Assembly (NCBI GenBank): GCA_965219685.1 | Contig: CBDCOH010000002.1 | Location: 512,001-576,000, forward strand | DNA: 64,000 bases | Source: Candidatus Spongiisociaceae bacterium | GTDB lineage: Bacteria > Actinomycetota > Acidimicrobiia > Spongiisociales > Spongiisociaceae | Direction of reading: 5' to 3' | Part shown: positions 10,480 through 20,867 of the stretch, in pieces | Layout of the letters: every line of letters begins with the position of its first letter | How positions within the stretch are numbered: the stretch's first letter is position 1 | Translations under genes and position numbers: made by a program | The notes under the pieces: model-generated | Database searches by the model: none | Told to the model about the DNA's origin: nothing | Seen by the model: the letters and a program-made list of their open reading frames with translations, nothing else

Positions 10480-13400
10480 CGGTGACGAGCCCCGCCGCCG
10501 TACGAACCGCGACGGCCCTGCGGCCCCATCGGTCCGCCCCCGATCTGCGCCACGGGCACGGTAGGTCGGAGCGTCCCCCGGTGAGACGCCGTCCTACCGC
10601 TGGGAACTGGGCGCCAACGACACCTGGGTGGCCTTCGGGACCGATCCCACCTTCTCCTACCTCCCGCAGCAGCCTGAGACGACATCATTCCGAGTGACGG
10701 TGAGCTACCCGTCTGGGTCGTCCACCTCCGCCCCGCTGACCATCACATGGAAGCCGTTCGTCCCGCGGCCGGTGCCCGACTCCGACCCGACCCCCGACTC
10801 GGAAGAGAACTCCGAGCGTGCTCCCCTCACGGTGGAGGAGAAGGCGTCCCCGGGATGGCGGGTGGCGATCTCGACCGGCAGCAGCGAGCCCGAGGTCGGG
10901 GAATGGGTCACCCTGACGGCCGAGGTGACGAACGCGCCTGAAGGCCGCGACCCCGGCTACCGCTGGGAGATGCGGGGGGTCGGCCCCTGGCGGGCGGTCG
11001 GCACGGCCCGCAGTTTTCGCTATGCCGCCGATGCGCCCTCTTCGGCAACCTTCCGCGTCTCGGTCAGCTACGCGACGCCGGCTACGTCACCTCGGACCCG
11101 CTCACCCTGAGCTGGGACGAGGGTTCCGGAGCGCGGGCCGCGCAGTCGACGCTCACGGCGGACGCCGGGCCGGACCAGTCGGTCGTGTGGGCGCAAGGGG
11201 TGAGGCTGGACGGCACCGGCTCGACAGGAGCGGTGAGCTACGCCTGGATCCAGACCAGCGGCCCGAACGTGACGCTGACCGGAGCGGACACGGCGACTCC
11301 CAGCTTCACTGCGCCCTCGGCGCGCGGTGTAATCTGTATCGCTGCTGGACCAATGGGCAGGTACAGGACCACGGCGCCCGCGGCAACAGAGGAACGTTGA
11401 CCGTCGGCGACATGGACAGCGCCACCCGCTACTGGGTCGTCGGTTGGGTGGTGGGTAGTGCGGGTACTTGGTCGTGGTGGATCCCGGCCACGACCACCGG
11501 CTCGGCGACGATCCGGCACGTCACGCTGACATCCTCGCCCGCCTCCGGGGACACCTACCGGACCGGCGAGAAGATCCGAGCCGAGCTGACCTGGAGCCAG
11601 GTGGTGACGGTCGACAACGGCGGCTCGGACGATAACGTGGCCGTGCGCCTCGACCTGGGCTCGGACGACGGCGCCTATTCCAACAGCCGCCGGGCGATGA
11701 GCTACGTCTCGGGTACGGGATCGGACACCCTGACCTTCGAGTACACGGTCCAACGCGACGACATCGACGCAGACGGGGTCTGGGTCCAGCACAAATCTGC
11801 CACCGAGAACGAGGTGGTGTTCCTGGCGAACGGGGCGACGCTGGAGGGCGGCAATCCGGACACGAACAACGCCGGCCTGACAAGGCGCCACCGCCTGGGT
11901 ACGACCGGCGACCCGAGTCAGAAGGTGGACGGGACGACCACGGCGACGGCGGATGCGGGCGCGGACCGGACCGTGTTGTTCGGGACGGAGGTGACGCTGA
12001 ACGGGGGCGGCTCGTCGTCGGAAAACGAGGGAGCTTCGCTGACCTACGCCTGGAACCAACTCAGCGGCGAGCCTGTGACGCTGAGCGGCGCGAACACGGC
12101 CAAGCCCAGTTTCACCGCGCCCACGGTGCGGACCGACCTGGTCTTCCAGTTGGTGGTCAACGACGGAGCCTACGACAGCGGGCCCGACACGGTGACCATC
12201 GTGGTGCGCGCGCCGCTCAACCCGAGCTCACCGCCCTGCGCCCATCCCGCAGGCGGCGGGAAGGCTCAATACAACGTGAGTCTCCTAGTCGATGAGAAGG
12301 GCGATACCTCCATCAAGGTCTACTTCACCACGGCCAATGAAACCACGTTTTCGCTCTGCCGACCGGACGGGAGTCGGATCAGTCTCTTAGGGGCCGCTAA
12401 CGAGGGGCGGGTGACCTTCAGCGATCTGTCCAGCGGCACCCGCTACTGGATCGCCAGCGGCACCCGGCACAACGCTGAAGTGTTTTCGCAGTGGGTCCCG
12501 GTCACGGTCGTTCTTGCCGAGGATGGCTCGAACCGCGATGTGGGCGATGTGGCTCGACCTGGGCCCTGACGACGCCGACCGCGCCAACAGCCGCAAGCTG
12601 ATGAGTCATGTCTCGGGCACGGACAAGACCTCCGGGTTGAACGACAAGATCAGCGTCCGGCTCACCTTCAACGAAGCGGTGAACGTCGATACGGCGGGCG
12701 GCACGCCCTCGCTGAAGATCAAGATCGGCCCCTCGCTCAACGAGTTGGCGACGGCCTATGCCACCGGCAACGGCACGAAGTCGCTCGTGTTCCGCTACAC
12801 CGTGGTCTCGCCGAACAAGTCCACCACCGGCGTCGCGGTGATCGAGAACACGCTCGCTCTGAACAGCGGAACGATCAGATCGGTGGAGACCGGCGAGGAC
12901 GCGAAGCTTGGCCACACCGGTGTGGTACACGACTCGAACCACCTGGTCGACAGCAGCCCGCCGGCGCCGACCGGTCTGAGCGCGGAGGTCGGCAACACCC
13001 GGATCACGCTGCGCTGGACCGATCCCGGCGACGCGTCGATCACCAAGTACCAGGACCGAGCGCGGGCAAGCGGAGGGCAATGGTCACCGGACTGGACGGA
13101 CATCACCGGCAGCGGCGCCGCAACGACCTCCTACACCGTGCCCGGCCTGACCAACGACACGACCTACACGGTCCAGCTGCGCGCCGTGCGCGGCGAGGAC
13201 AAACCTGGGCCGGTCGTCCAGCCAGACCGCCACGCCCAAGCCGGCCAAGCCTCCGGCGCCGTCTGGCGGCGGCTATGGCCGGCAGCGGGCAGATCGCTCT
13301 CAGTTGGACCGATCCGGGCGATGCGACGATCAGCAAGTACCAGTTCCGCCGCCGGGCCGGTAGCGGGAACTTCACGGGCTGGATGGACATCCCGGACAGC

Positions 13401-14231
13401 GGCGCGGCCACCTTCACCTATACGGTGACCGGCCTGAGCAACGGCACGACCTACACGTTCGAGTTGCGGGCGATCCGGGGCGTGGACACCGAGGGTCTGG
13501 CCGCCGGCATCGAGCCCACACCCACCGCTACCGGCCCTGCCGCCCCGGCCGGCCTCACCGCGACCCCGGGAGTCGGACGGATCACGCAGCGCTGGACCGA
13601 TCCGGAAAACGATCAGATCAGCAGGTACCAGTACCGCCAGCGCGAGTCCGGCGGGACCTGGTCGGACTGGGCTGACATCGAGGGCAGCGGAGCGAATACC
13701 ACGACGTACACGGTGACCGGGTTGACCTACGGGATCGATCTGCGCTGTGACAAGCGCTCTCGCCACGCCGACGAGACCCCGGACATCCGGCCGCCCCTCC
13801 TCCGGCGGTGGGAGCGGGGGAGTTCCGCCTCCGCCGGAAGCCGCTCCCCCCGACGAGGACTTCGTATGGAATGCGACCCGTGACGTCCCGGCGCTGGCCG
13901 CCGGCAACCCCAATCCCACGGGCCTCTGGTCGGACGGCCAGACTCTTCTGGTCATCGAGAACTCCCGATCGGGTCCTGACATTCTCTACGCCTACTCGCT
14001 CGCCGGGGGCGCGGAACTGACCCAGCACCGGATCGAGCTGGACCGGCGCAACGCTTCGCGCACGGCATCTGGTCAGACGGTACGACCATGCTGGTGCTCG
14101 GTTCGCTCTACGCGTACGACCTGGAAACCGGCGAGTTGGTGGCCGGATACCGTTTGGACGCCTCGAACCGGAGCCCCCGCGGGATCTGGTCGGACGGCGT
14201 CACGATCTGGGTCTCCTCGTCGGAGCCCTAG
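10480..14231 (+). pseudogene. Fragmented large surface protein (PKD/K319-like, Ig-like, fibronectin type III and GxWSDG repeats)
   Basis: Domain fragments in shifting frames: ADAGADRTV..LTYAWNQLSG, PPAPTGLSA..ITLRWTDPGDASITKYQ, YTVTGLSNGTTYTFELRA, PTGLWSDGQT. At least 6 frame breaks and no signal-peptide start. Confidence 0.8.
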
Positions 14232-14253
14232 ACCTCCCCGCCCCCTGAACCAT

Positions 14254-14316
14254 ATTCACCATTCACCATTCACCATTCACCATTCACCAATCCCCATTCA
14301 CCAATCACCAATCCCC
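14254..14316. repeat. Heptamer array (ATTCACC/AATCMCC, about 9 units)
   Basis: Tandem 7-mers overlapping the last codons and stop of the GT2 at 14298 (GIGDW*). Confidence 0.9.
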
Positions 14317-17228
14317 GCGAAGGCGAGATCACATCCGGGGCGCCTGTCCTGTGCCTGGCTCAGGAAGTAGGAGTCCGGCGCGTTCCACGTATGCCCTTCT
14401 CCGTGGCGGACGAGAACGTAGCCGTGGCCGTGGGTCCGGTACACGCGGCCCCCGATGCGAGCCACGTCTCGCGCCAGGGCCTGGTCCACCGCGGTGTCGA
14501 CGCGCCTCCATCCGCCCGCCTCCTCCAGGTCGTACCGGGCGATGAGCATGGCTCCGCCGGCGATCGTGAAGGCACTGGCGAAGGTCTCCCCACCACCGGC
14601 GTAGCGGTGGATGGTCGTGTCGGAGTTGACCAGATGGACGAACTCGGCGCCCTTGGCCACGAGGTTCGCCTTCGAGAACTGGCGGGCCAGTACCAGGTCC
14701 CAGACGTGTTCGGCGCCGTAATGGTCGTCGTCGTCCATCTTGGTCAATAGCCTCCCCCCGGCCACCTCCGTGGCCCGGTTCAGCACCGTCCCGAATGGGG
14801 CTTCGGCGGGCGCCCTCACCACCTCGACGTTGAAGGGGAGTGCGGAGAGGTCGATCGTGTCCTGGAAACCGGACCCGTGCAGGGCCAGCACCAGTTCGAG
14901 TCGCGGGTATGTCTGGGATGCCGCCGTCTCCAGCGTGCGGTCCAGCACCTGCGGGCGCTTGGTGGGGAGGATGATCGAGACTTCGGGAAGGCCCGGATGG
15001 CTTTCGAGACCGGCTGCGTATGCCACCTGGCGGGCCCTGGCCACCAGCGAGTGGCCGAGGAGGGCGGTCCGGCGCATCGCGATGCTCGCCCGCTCCCGTT
15101 GCGCCGCATCGGCGCCGGGAATCTGCTCGTTTCGCATCTGCCGGTAGAGGTCCGTTCCGAGGTGGGCCTCCAGGTTGGCGTCGGTGTCGGCCAGATGTAC
15201 GACGACTCCGGTGGCGGCCAGCGCGGCGAGCGTCGCCGCTCTCAGCGTCGCGTCTGCGTGGAAACCGCCTACGTCCTCCACGTGGTGGAGCTTGGACAGC
15301 GCCTCGCGGTCGGAACTCTCCACCACCCTGTCGACCCTGGTCGCCGGCGGGAGCAAGTCTTCCCGACCCAGCGCTCCGATGTCGCTGCCGGTGTGCCTCA
15401 CCCAGTTCACGGGGTTGACCTGTTCGGGGTCGAAGGCCGGCACGGCGATCCGGGATGCACGATCCGCTAGGACAACCACAGGAATGCCATGCGCCCGACC
15501 CGTATCCGGTATCGGATCACTCGTATCCGCCAGTACGAGATCGCTGTGTTCGCCGGTGGTGGAGTAGTGAACGCGATCCGTTGCCGCGAATACCGACCGT
15601 GCCTGGGCTCCCACGACGGCGATGTCGATACCGAGCGGGTACTGGGCCCGTTGGACCGATCGGGCCCTCCGTCCGCTCCTGAAGGGCGGTCGCCCCGCCG
15701 ATGCCGACCGGCCGCGGCGCCGCATGGCCGGCATCCGGAGCCGGACCGCCGAAGTGATCCAGCGCAGGAGGGCCCAGGCTTTTCGAGGGCTACGGACTCC
15801 GGCCACTTCGCGAAGCACTCGGGCCGCCTTGGAACGATGCAGTGACCGGGCTACGAGCGGATCGGTCACTCCCGTGCCGCCGCGAACCGTGAACTCCCGG
15901 GTGTCGGCCGCTACCACATCGCCTACCTCTTCCACCGGGCGGCCGGTTCGCATCGATCTGTGCAACGCCCAAGCCCGAACGATGGAGAGTTGCGAACCAT
16001 CGGAGAGCCGGCCGACCGCGGCGGCAGAGGACCCGATCTGGTCCCTGAGCCGGTTGACCGTCCCGGTTCCGCATTCCATCCCGGCCGGCACCGTTACGTG
16101 GAAGGGGGAGTGGGGGAATCGCTCGAGCGCGCCGTCGAGCGGGCCGAAGAACACCCTGGGATCCGGGCCGAGGCTGCGACGCAGCCACTCGGATGCGGGG
16201 TCGCCGGAGCGGTCGCCCACCCAGACGACGAGATCGTGAACCGTCCCGCCGAGGAGTTCCTCGGTGGTCAGGTGAATCACCTCCGGAGAGCGGTCGAGCG
16301 GGTCGACGGCCACGACGAACTTCGGGACGGAGAAGCTCCGTCCGGGACTTTCGATACGGAAGTCCGGATGGGCGATGAGATGGGAGACCTTGGCTCGCTG
16401 GAAGTTGAGACTCTCCTTCCTGGCCGGGTCGGGCGTCGCGCTCCCGCCCTGGTGCCAGCAGAAAGCGTCCCTGACGGGCACGAGAAGCCCGCCGCGTGTG
16501 TGGGCGCGGTATCCGAACTCGGTGTCCTCCATTCCCCACCGGTCGAACGACTCGTCGAATCCGCCGGTGTCCTCGAAGAACCGGCGGCTGACCCCCAGGT
16601 TGCCACTGGTCACCACGCGAAATATGTCGTCGGCCGCGGAGGTCAGTTCCCTGGTCCGGACCATGTAGAACTCGATCCACTCCGGGCGGTCGATGACCCT
16701 GCCCTCGAGCAGCTCATCGAGAGATCCGATGCGGTCGCGGACAGCCGCCGGCGTCAATCCCTCCACGTCGACATGTGCGCGGAATCCCAGGGTGAGAACG
16801 TCGGAGGCCGTGTGATGCCAACGTGCGTGAGAGGCCAACCACGAGGTCTCCGGCAGCATGTCGGAGTCGAGGAAGACAAGTATGGGATGGTTCGCCGCGC
16901 GTGCTCCGCAGTTACGCGCGCGAGCCGCTCCGAACCCCCGGTCCTCCTGGCGGAAGATCCGGACCTGCAGCGGGCTGGAGGGCGCCGCCCGGAGGGGCGC
17001 AGCGGACCCGTCGTCGACGATCACCACCTCGAAGAGGCTGCGCGGGTAGGTCTGGTTCTCGAGCGCCGCCAGCGTCAGGCGGAGTGCCTCCGGTGTCTCG
17101 TAGTACGGGATCACCACCGTGACCGGAATCGTGGGATGGAAGTCGTCGGGCGGCGGTGGATCCAGCGACCGCCAGTCGTTGCCCCGGACGGCTACGGGGG
17201 GCACCGGAGCGGCCATCCCGGGTTTCAC
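14298..17228 (-). CDS. Large multi-domain GT2 glycosyltransferase
   Basis: VTVVIPYY, VIVDDGS, ARNCGA, FLDSDM, GGFDESFDRWGMEDTEF; second GT domain SIILPTKRP..KMDDDDHYG. Confidence 0.9.
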   Translation of the reverse strand: MKPGMAAPVPPVAVRGNDWRSLDPPPPDDFHPTIPVTVVIPYYETPEALRLTLAALENQTYPRSLFEVVIVDDGSAAPLRAAPSSPLQVRIFRQEDRGFGAARARNCGARAANHPILVFLDSDMLPETSWLASHARWHHTASDVLTLGFRAHVDVEGLTPAAVRDRIGSLDELLEGRVIDRPEWIEFYMVRTRELTSAADDIFRVVTSGNLGVSRRFFEDTGGFDESFDRWGMEDTEFGYRAHTRGGLLVPVRDAFCWHQGGSATPDPARKESLNFQRAKVSHLIAHPDFRIESPGRSFSVPKFVVAVDPLDRSPEVIHLTTEELLGGTVHDLVVWVGDRSGDPASEWLRRSLGPDPRVFFGPLDGALERFPHSPFHVTVPAGMECGTGTVNRLRDQIGSSAAAVGRLSDGSQLSIVRAWALHRSMRTGRPVEEVGDVVAADTREFTVRGGTGVTDPLVARSLHRSKAARVLREVAGVRSPRKAWALLRWITSAVRLRMPAMRRRGRSASAGRPPFRSGRRARSVQRAQYPLGIDIAVVGAQARSVFAATDRVHYSTTGEHSDLVLADTSDPIPDTGRAHGIPVVVLADRASRIAVPAFDPEQVNPVNWVRHTGSDIGALGREDLLPPATRVDRVVESSDREALSKLHHVEDVGGFHADATLRAATLAALAATGVVVHLADTDANLEAHLGTDLYRQMRNEQIPGADAAQRERASIAMRRTALLGHSLVARARQVAYAAGLESHPGLPEVSIILPTKRPQVLDRTLETAASQTYPRLELVLALHGSGFQDTIDLSALPFNVEVVRAPAEAPFGTVLNRATEVAGGRLLTKMDDDDHYGAEHVWDLVLARQFSKANLVAKGAEFVHLVNSDTTIHRYAGGGETFASAFTIAGGAMLIARYDLEEAGGWRRVDTAVDQALARDVARIGGRVYRTHGHGYVLVRHGEGHTWNAPDSYFLSQAQDRRPGCDLAFAGIGDW

Positions 17229-20200
17229 GGGAGGGGGCGGTCGTCGACGCCGGGATCATCCTCCACGGACGGCACGGGGGTGCGCCTCCCCGTCTCGGGC
17301 TCATGGACTCCGGCGAACTCCGGGTCGAAACCGTCTCGTGAGTCGGCGGCTCGCTGGAGGAAGAACGAGTCATCCATCTTCCAGGTGTGCTGGCCGCCGT
17401 GGCGGATCCGGGCGTAGCCCGAGCCGTGGGTCCAGTAGATCCTGCCACCCGCCTGCAAGACATCCTCGGCGAGGGCCAGGTCAACCTGCCGGGGTAGGCG
17501 CCGCCAGCCTCCCGCGTAGTCGAGGTCGTGACGGGAGATCATGAGGACGCCGCCCGACACGGACCGTTTCTCGACGTACCGCTCGCCCTGGCGGCCTTTG
17601 AGGCGGACGGTCCTGTCGCTGCCGGAGAGGTAGACGTACTCGGAGGCCTTGGCGACGAGTTCGGCGCGGGAGAACTCGTGCGCCAGGACAAGGTCCCAGA
17701 TGTGCTCGTCCCCGTAGGCGTCGTCATCGTCCATCTTGGCGAGCAGGGTGCCGCTGGACGCTTCCGCGGCTGCCTTGAGAACCCCTCCGAGCGGCTGGTC
17801 CGCGGAGACCCGCACGGTCACCACCGGACGGTCGAGTCCTTCCATTGCCGTCTCCAGGGATCGCCGGTCGAAACCCTCACCGTGAAGCCCGAGCACCAGT
17901 TCTAGTCGGGGATAGGTCTGGCGGCCGATCATCCGCACCGTGGCGGAGAGCCGGTCAGGGCGCCGGGTCGGTACCAGGATCGAGACCTGGGGAAGGCGGG
18001 CCCCGTCCACCCCACCCTCCGACAGGGTCTGGCGTGCCCGGCTGCGCAGGGAGTGGGTACGCAATGCCGCTCGCCGCATCGCGATGCTGACCCCCTCGCG
18101 CGTGTGGCTGTCGTCCAAGGGCGACACATCGCCCGCCATCAGAGCGTGCAGCTCTCCTCCCAGGAACCGTTCCAACTCCGGGTCCTGGTCGGCGATGTGC
18201 ACCAGCACCCCGGAGGCGGCGAGTTCAGCCAGGGTTCCGGCCCGCTGGGCGAGGCTCTCGTGGTACCCGGCGATGTCCTCGACATGATGGAAGTAGCGAA
18301 GGGTCTCCGGATCCCGGCTGCCGGCCGCTCGCTTGACCGAGACGCCCTCCGGGAGGTCGGCGACCGGGCCCAGCGACACCGCCTCGGGGACATGGTGAGG
18401 GCTCCAGCCGATGGGGTTCACCTGCTCCGGGTCGAACGCAGGCACCGAGAGGATGGATGGTCCGCCGGACAGTTCCACCACCCGGACCGATTGGGGTATG
18501 TCGCCTGTGATGTCATCCGTGAGGAGAAGCGACGAGTCGACCACCAGCAGGTCCACGTGGCGTCCACCGAGGAACGGGAAGCTCGGGTTGCCCATGTCGC
18601 CGATGATGGAGTTGCGGACGCGTGTGGAGGCTGCGAAAACGCTCCCGGCGCGCGGGCCGATGGCCACTATGTCTGCTCCGAATGGGTACGAGGCTCGGCT
18701 CCGGTGGGCGGGTGTGAGTTCGGGCGCCGGGGTCGGCTCGGGCGCCGGGAGCGGTTCGGGTCTGCTCACACGCCTGCGGGCGGCATCGAGGAACCAGCCC
18801 GCGAACTGCCTGGCGTCGGAAGGGCTCCGGACCGAGGACGCCTCTGAGAGAACCTTGCGAAGGATGCCCCGCAGCCTGCGGTAACGCTGCAGGATCCGGT
18901 AGCCCAGCCTGTCCTTGATCAGCCTCTCCACGCTGTTGAACCGGCGGTTCACCTTGTTGAAACGCCGGTCGATCCTGTTCTCCAGCCGGACGAAACGACC
19001 CTTGACCTGGTTGAACCGCCCGTTGACCTGGTTGAGGCGACCGTGCACCTGGTTGAAGCGGGACTCGTTGGCGCGATCCGACCTGGCCATGCGGGACTCG
19101 ACCCTGCCCTCGAGGTCTCCGAGTGCGGCGAGGACGACTTCCTCCAGCCTGTCGAACTCCTCGGGTACGTGGTTGCTCATGGCGAACTCGACCGTGTCCC
19201 CCACCGTGGAGATCTCGACGGCGGCGCGCAGTGCCCTGTGCAGGGCCCAGGAGCGGGCGATCGTCACGGGGGAGCCCTCGTCGAACAGAGCTGTCCCGCA
19301 TGCGGCCTCGCCGAGAGCGGTACGCAGCCGGCCGATCATCCAGGGGTCGTAGCTAGCCCCGCAGTCCATGGTGATGTGGAATGCCGCGACCGGGAACCGC
19401 TCGATCGCGCCTCCGGGCGGGCCGAAGAACACTCGCGGGTCCGGCTCGGTGAGACGCCTCAACCACTCGAAGGAGTCGTCGGTGCGACGTTGCTCGACCC
19501 ACACGACGAGGTCGCTGGTCTTGCCGGCCAGGAGTTCCTCCACATTGGCGAGGATTGCTTCGGCGGGCGCGTCGGCAGTCCGGAGGGTTACGACGAATTG
19601 TGGGACCGTAAAGCTCTTACCGCTGCCTTCCCGCCGGTAGACCCGATGGGGAACCAGCTGCGACATCTTTGCGAACTGGAGCCCGAGGCTGCGCCGCTCG
19701 TCGTCGGAGAGGGTTGCTCCCGCACCCTGATGCCAGCAGAGGGCATCGCGCTCGGGTACCAGCAATGATCCACGTGCATAAGCACGGTAGGCAAACTCCC
19801 TGTCCTCGGCGCCCCACTGGGTGAAGGTCTCGTCGAAGCCGCCCACGGTCTCGAAGAAGCTCCGAGAGATGCCGAAGTTCCCCCCGGTTATCACCCTGAA
19901 GATGTCGTCGTCGCCGGAGGTGAGCTCGCGGGTGCGGGCCAGGTGAACCTCGATCCATTCGGGACGGGTGACCTCGCGGCCTTCGAACAACTCGGAGAGG
20001 CTGCCGCGCCTCTCACGCACGTCCGACGCGCTGAATCCGTCAACGTCCACGTGGAAGCGGAAGCCCATTGTCACGGCATCGCTGGCGGCGTGGTGCCACC
20101 GGGTATGGGCGGCAAGCCAGTTCTCCTCGGGGATCATGTCGCAGTCGAGGAAGAGGACGATGTCGCCGTCGGCGGCGCGAGCTCCCGTGTTGCGTGCCCG

Positions 20201-20539
20201 CGCCAGGCCGAATCCCAGGTCCTCCTGGTATTCGACCCGCAGGTCCAGCGGCGTCTCGGGCTTGACCAGGGGAGGATCGGAGCCGTCGTCCACCACCACC
20301 ACCTCGAACAGGTCCCTCGGGTAGGTCTGGCGTTCCAATCCCGCGAGGGTCAACTCCAGAGCATCGGGTCTCTCGTAGTAGGGGATCACCACGGTGACGA
20401 AGTGGGCAGGCGAGAACGAGTCGAGGTCGGCGACATCCAGAGACTGCCAGTCGTTGCTGCGCACCCCGGCAGGGGACACCCGGTATGCTCGCCCGCCCGA
20501 GCCGGTCCCGTTCTCCATGCCGGTCCCTTCGTTCCTCAT
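17225..20539 (-). CDS. Large multi-domain GT2 glycosyltransferase with coiled-coil insert (tandem paralog)
   Basis: Same two-GT architecture as the neighbour, plus a heptad insert RFNQVHGRLNQVNGRFNQVKG and PEPxPA repeats. Confidence 0.9.
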   Translation of the reverse strand: MRNEGTGMENGTGSGGRAYRVSPAGVRSNDWQSLDVADLDSFSPAHFVTVVIPYYERPDALELTLAGLERQTYPRDLFEVVVVDDGSDPPLVKPETPLDLRVEYQEDLGFGLARARNTGARAADGDIVLFLDCDMIPEENWLAAHTRWHHAASDAVTMGFRFHVDVDGFSASDVRERRGSLSELFEGREVTRPEWIEVHLARTRELTSGDDDIFRVITGGNFGISRSFFETVGGFDETFTQWGAEDREFAYRAYARGSLLVPERDALCWHQGAGATLSDDERRSLGLQFAKMSQLVPHRVYRREGSGKSFTVPQFVVTLRTADAPAEAILANVEELLAGKTSDLVVWVEQRRTDDSFEWLRRLTEPDPRVFFGPPGGAIERFPVAAFHITMDCGASYDPWMIGRLRTALGEAACGTALFDEGSPVTIARSWALHRALRAAVEISTVGDTVEFAMSNHVPEEFDRLEEVVLAALGDLEGRVESRMARSDRANESRFNQVHGRLNQVNGRFNQVKGRFVRLENRIDRRFNKVNRRFNSVERLIKDRLGYRILQRYRRLRGILRKVLSEASSVRSPSDARQFAGWFLDAARRRVSRPEPLPAPEPTPAPELTPAHRSRASYPFGADIVAIGPRAGSVFAASTRVRNSIIGDMGNPSFPFLGGRHVDLLVVDSSLLLTDDITGDIPQSVRVVELSGGPSILSVPAFDPEQVNPIGWSPHHVPEAVSLGPVADLPEGVSVKRAAGSRDPETLRYFHHVEDIAGYHESLAQRAGTLAELAASGVLVHIADQDPELERFLGGELHALMAGDVSPLDDSHTREGVSIAMRRAALRTHSLRSRARQTLSEGGVDGARLPQVSILVPTRRPDRLSATVRMIGRQTYPRLELVLGLHGEGFDRRSLETAMEGLDRPVVTVRVSADQPLGGVLKAAAEASSGTLLAKMDDDDAYGDEHIWDLVLAHEFSRAELVAKASEYVYLSGSDRTVRLKGRQGERYVEKRSVSGGVLMISRHDLDYAGGWRRLPRQVDLALAEDVLQAGGRIYWTHGSGYARIRHGGQHTWKMDDSFFLQRAADSRDGFDPEFAGVHEPETGRRTPVPSVEDDPGVDDRPLP

Positions 20540-20751
20540 CGACGCCGGATCCCCGAGCCGGCGGGCAGCCGGTAGCGGTCGTCCTCGAGCATCCGGGCGT
20601 CATCGCTGTTGCCCGGCGGGAGATCGAGGTCGGTCAGCCGGAGTGCGAGAACCGTCAAAGTGATCGCAAACACGATCATCAAAGCGGCCCGGCTACGAGC
20701 ATCCTGGGTAGCGGGGTCGGTGGCCCGCGAGGCGGTGTTGCGGCCCGTCAT
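20536..20751 (-). pseudogene. N-terminal fragment of a third GT-C paralog
   Basis: LDLPPGNSDDARML matches LGLPLGNSDDGRIL of 40780..42396; truncated after about 60 aa. Confidence 0.6.
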
Positions 20752-20867
20752 GCGTCCGTCACGATAATCGGTTACCGCCTGCCGGTTGCGGTTGCGCCCG
20801 CGGGTCGCGGTCCACGGGAGTCGACAGGTCCGCAGTTTACGGACAGATCGTTCCTACACTTCTCCGG

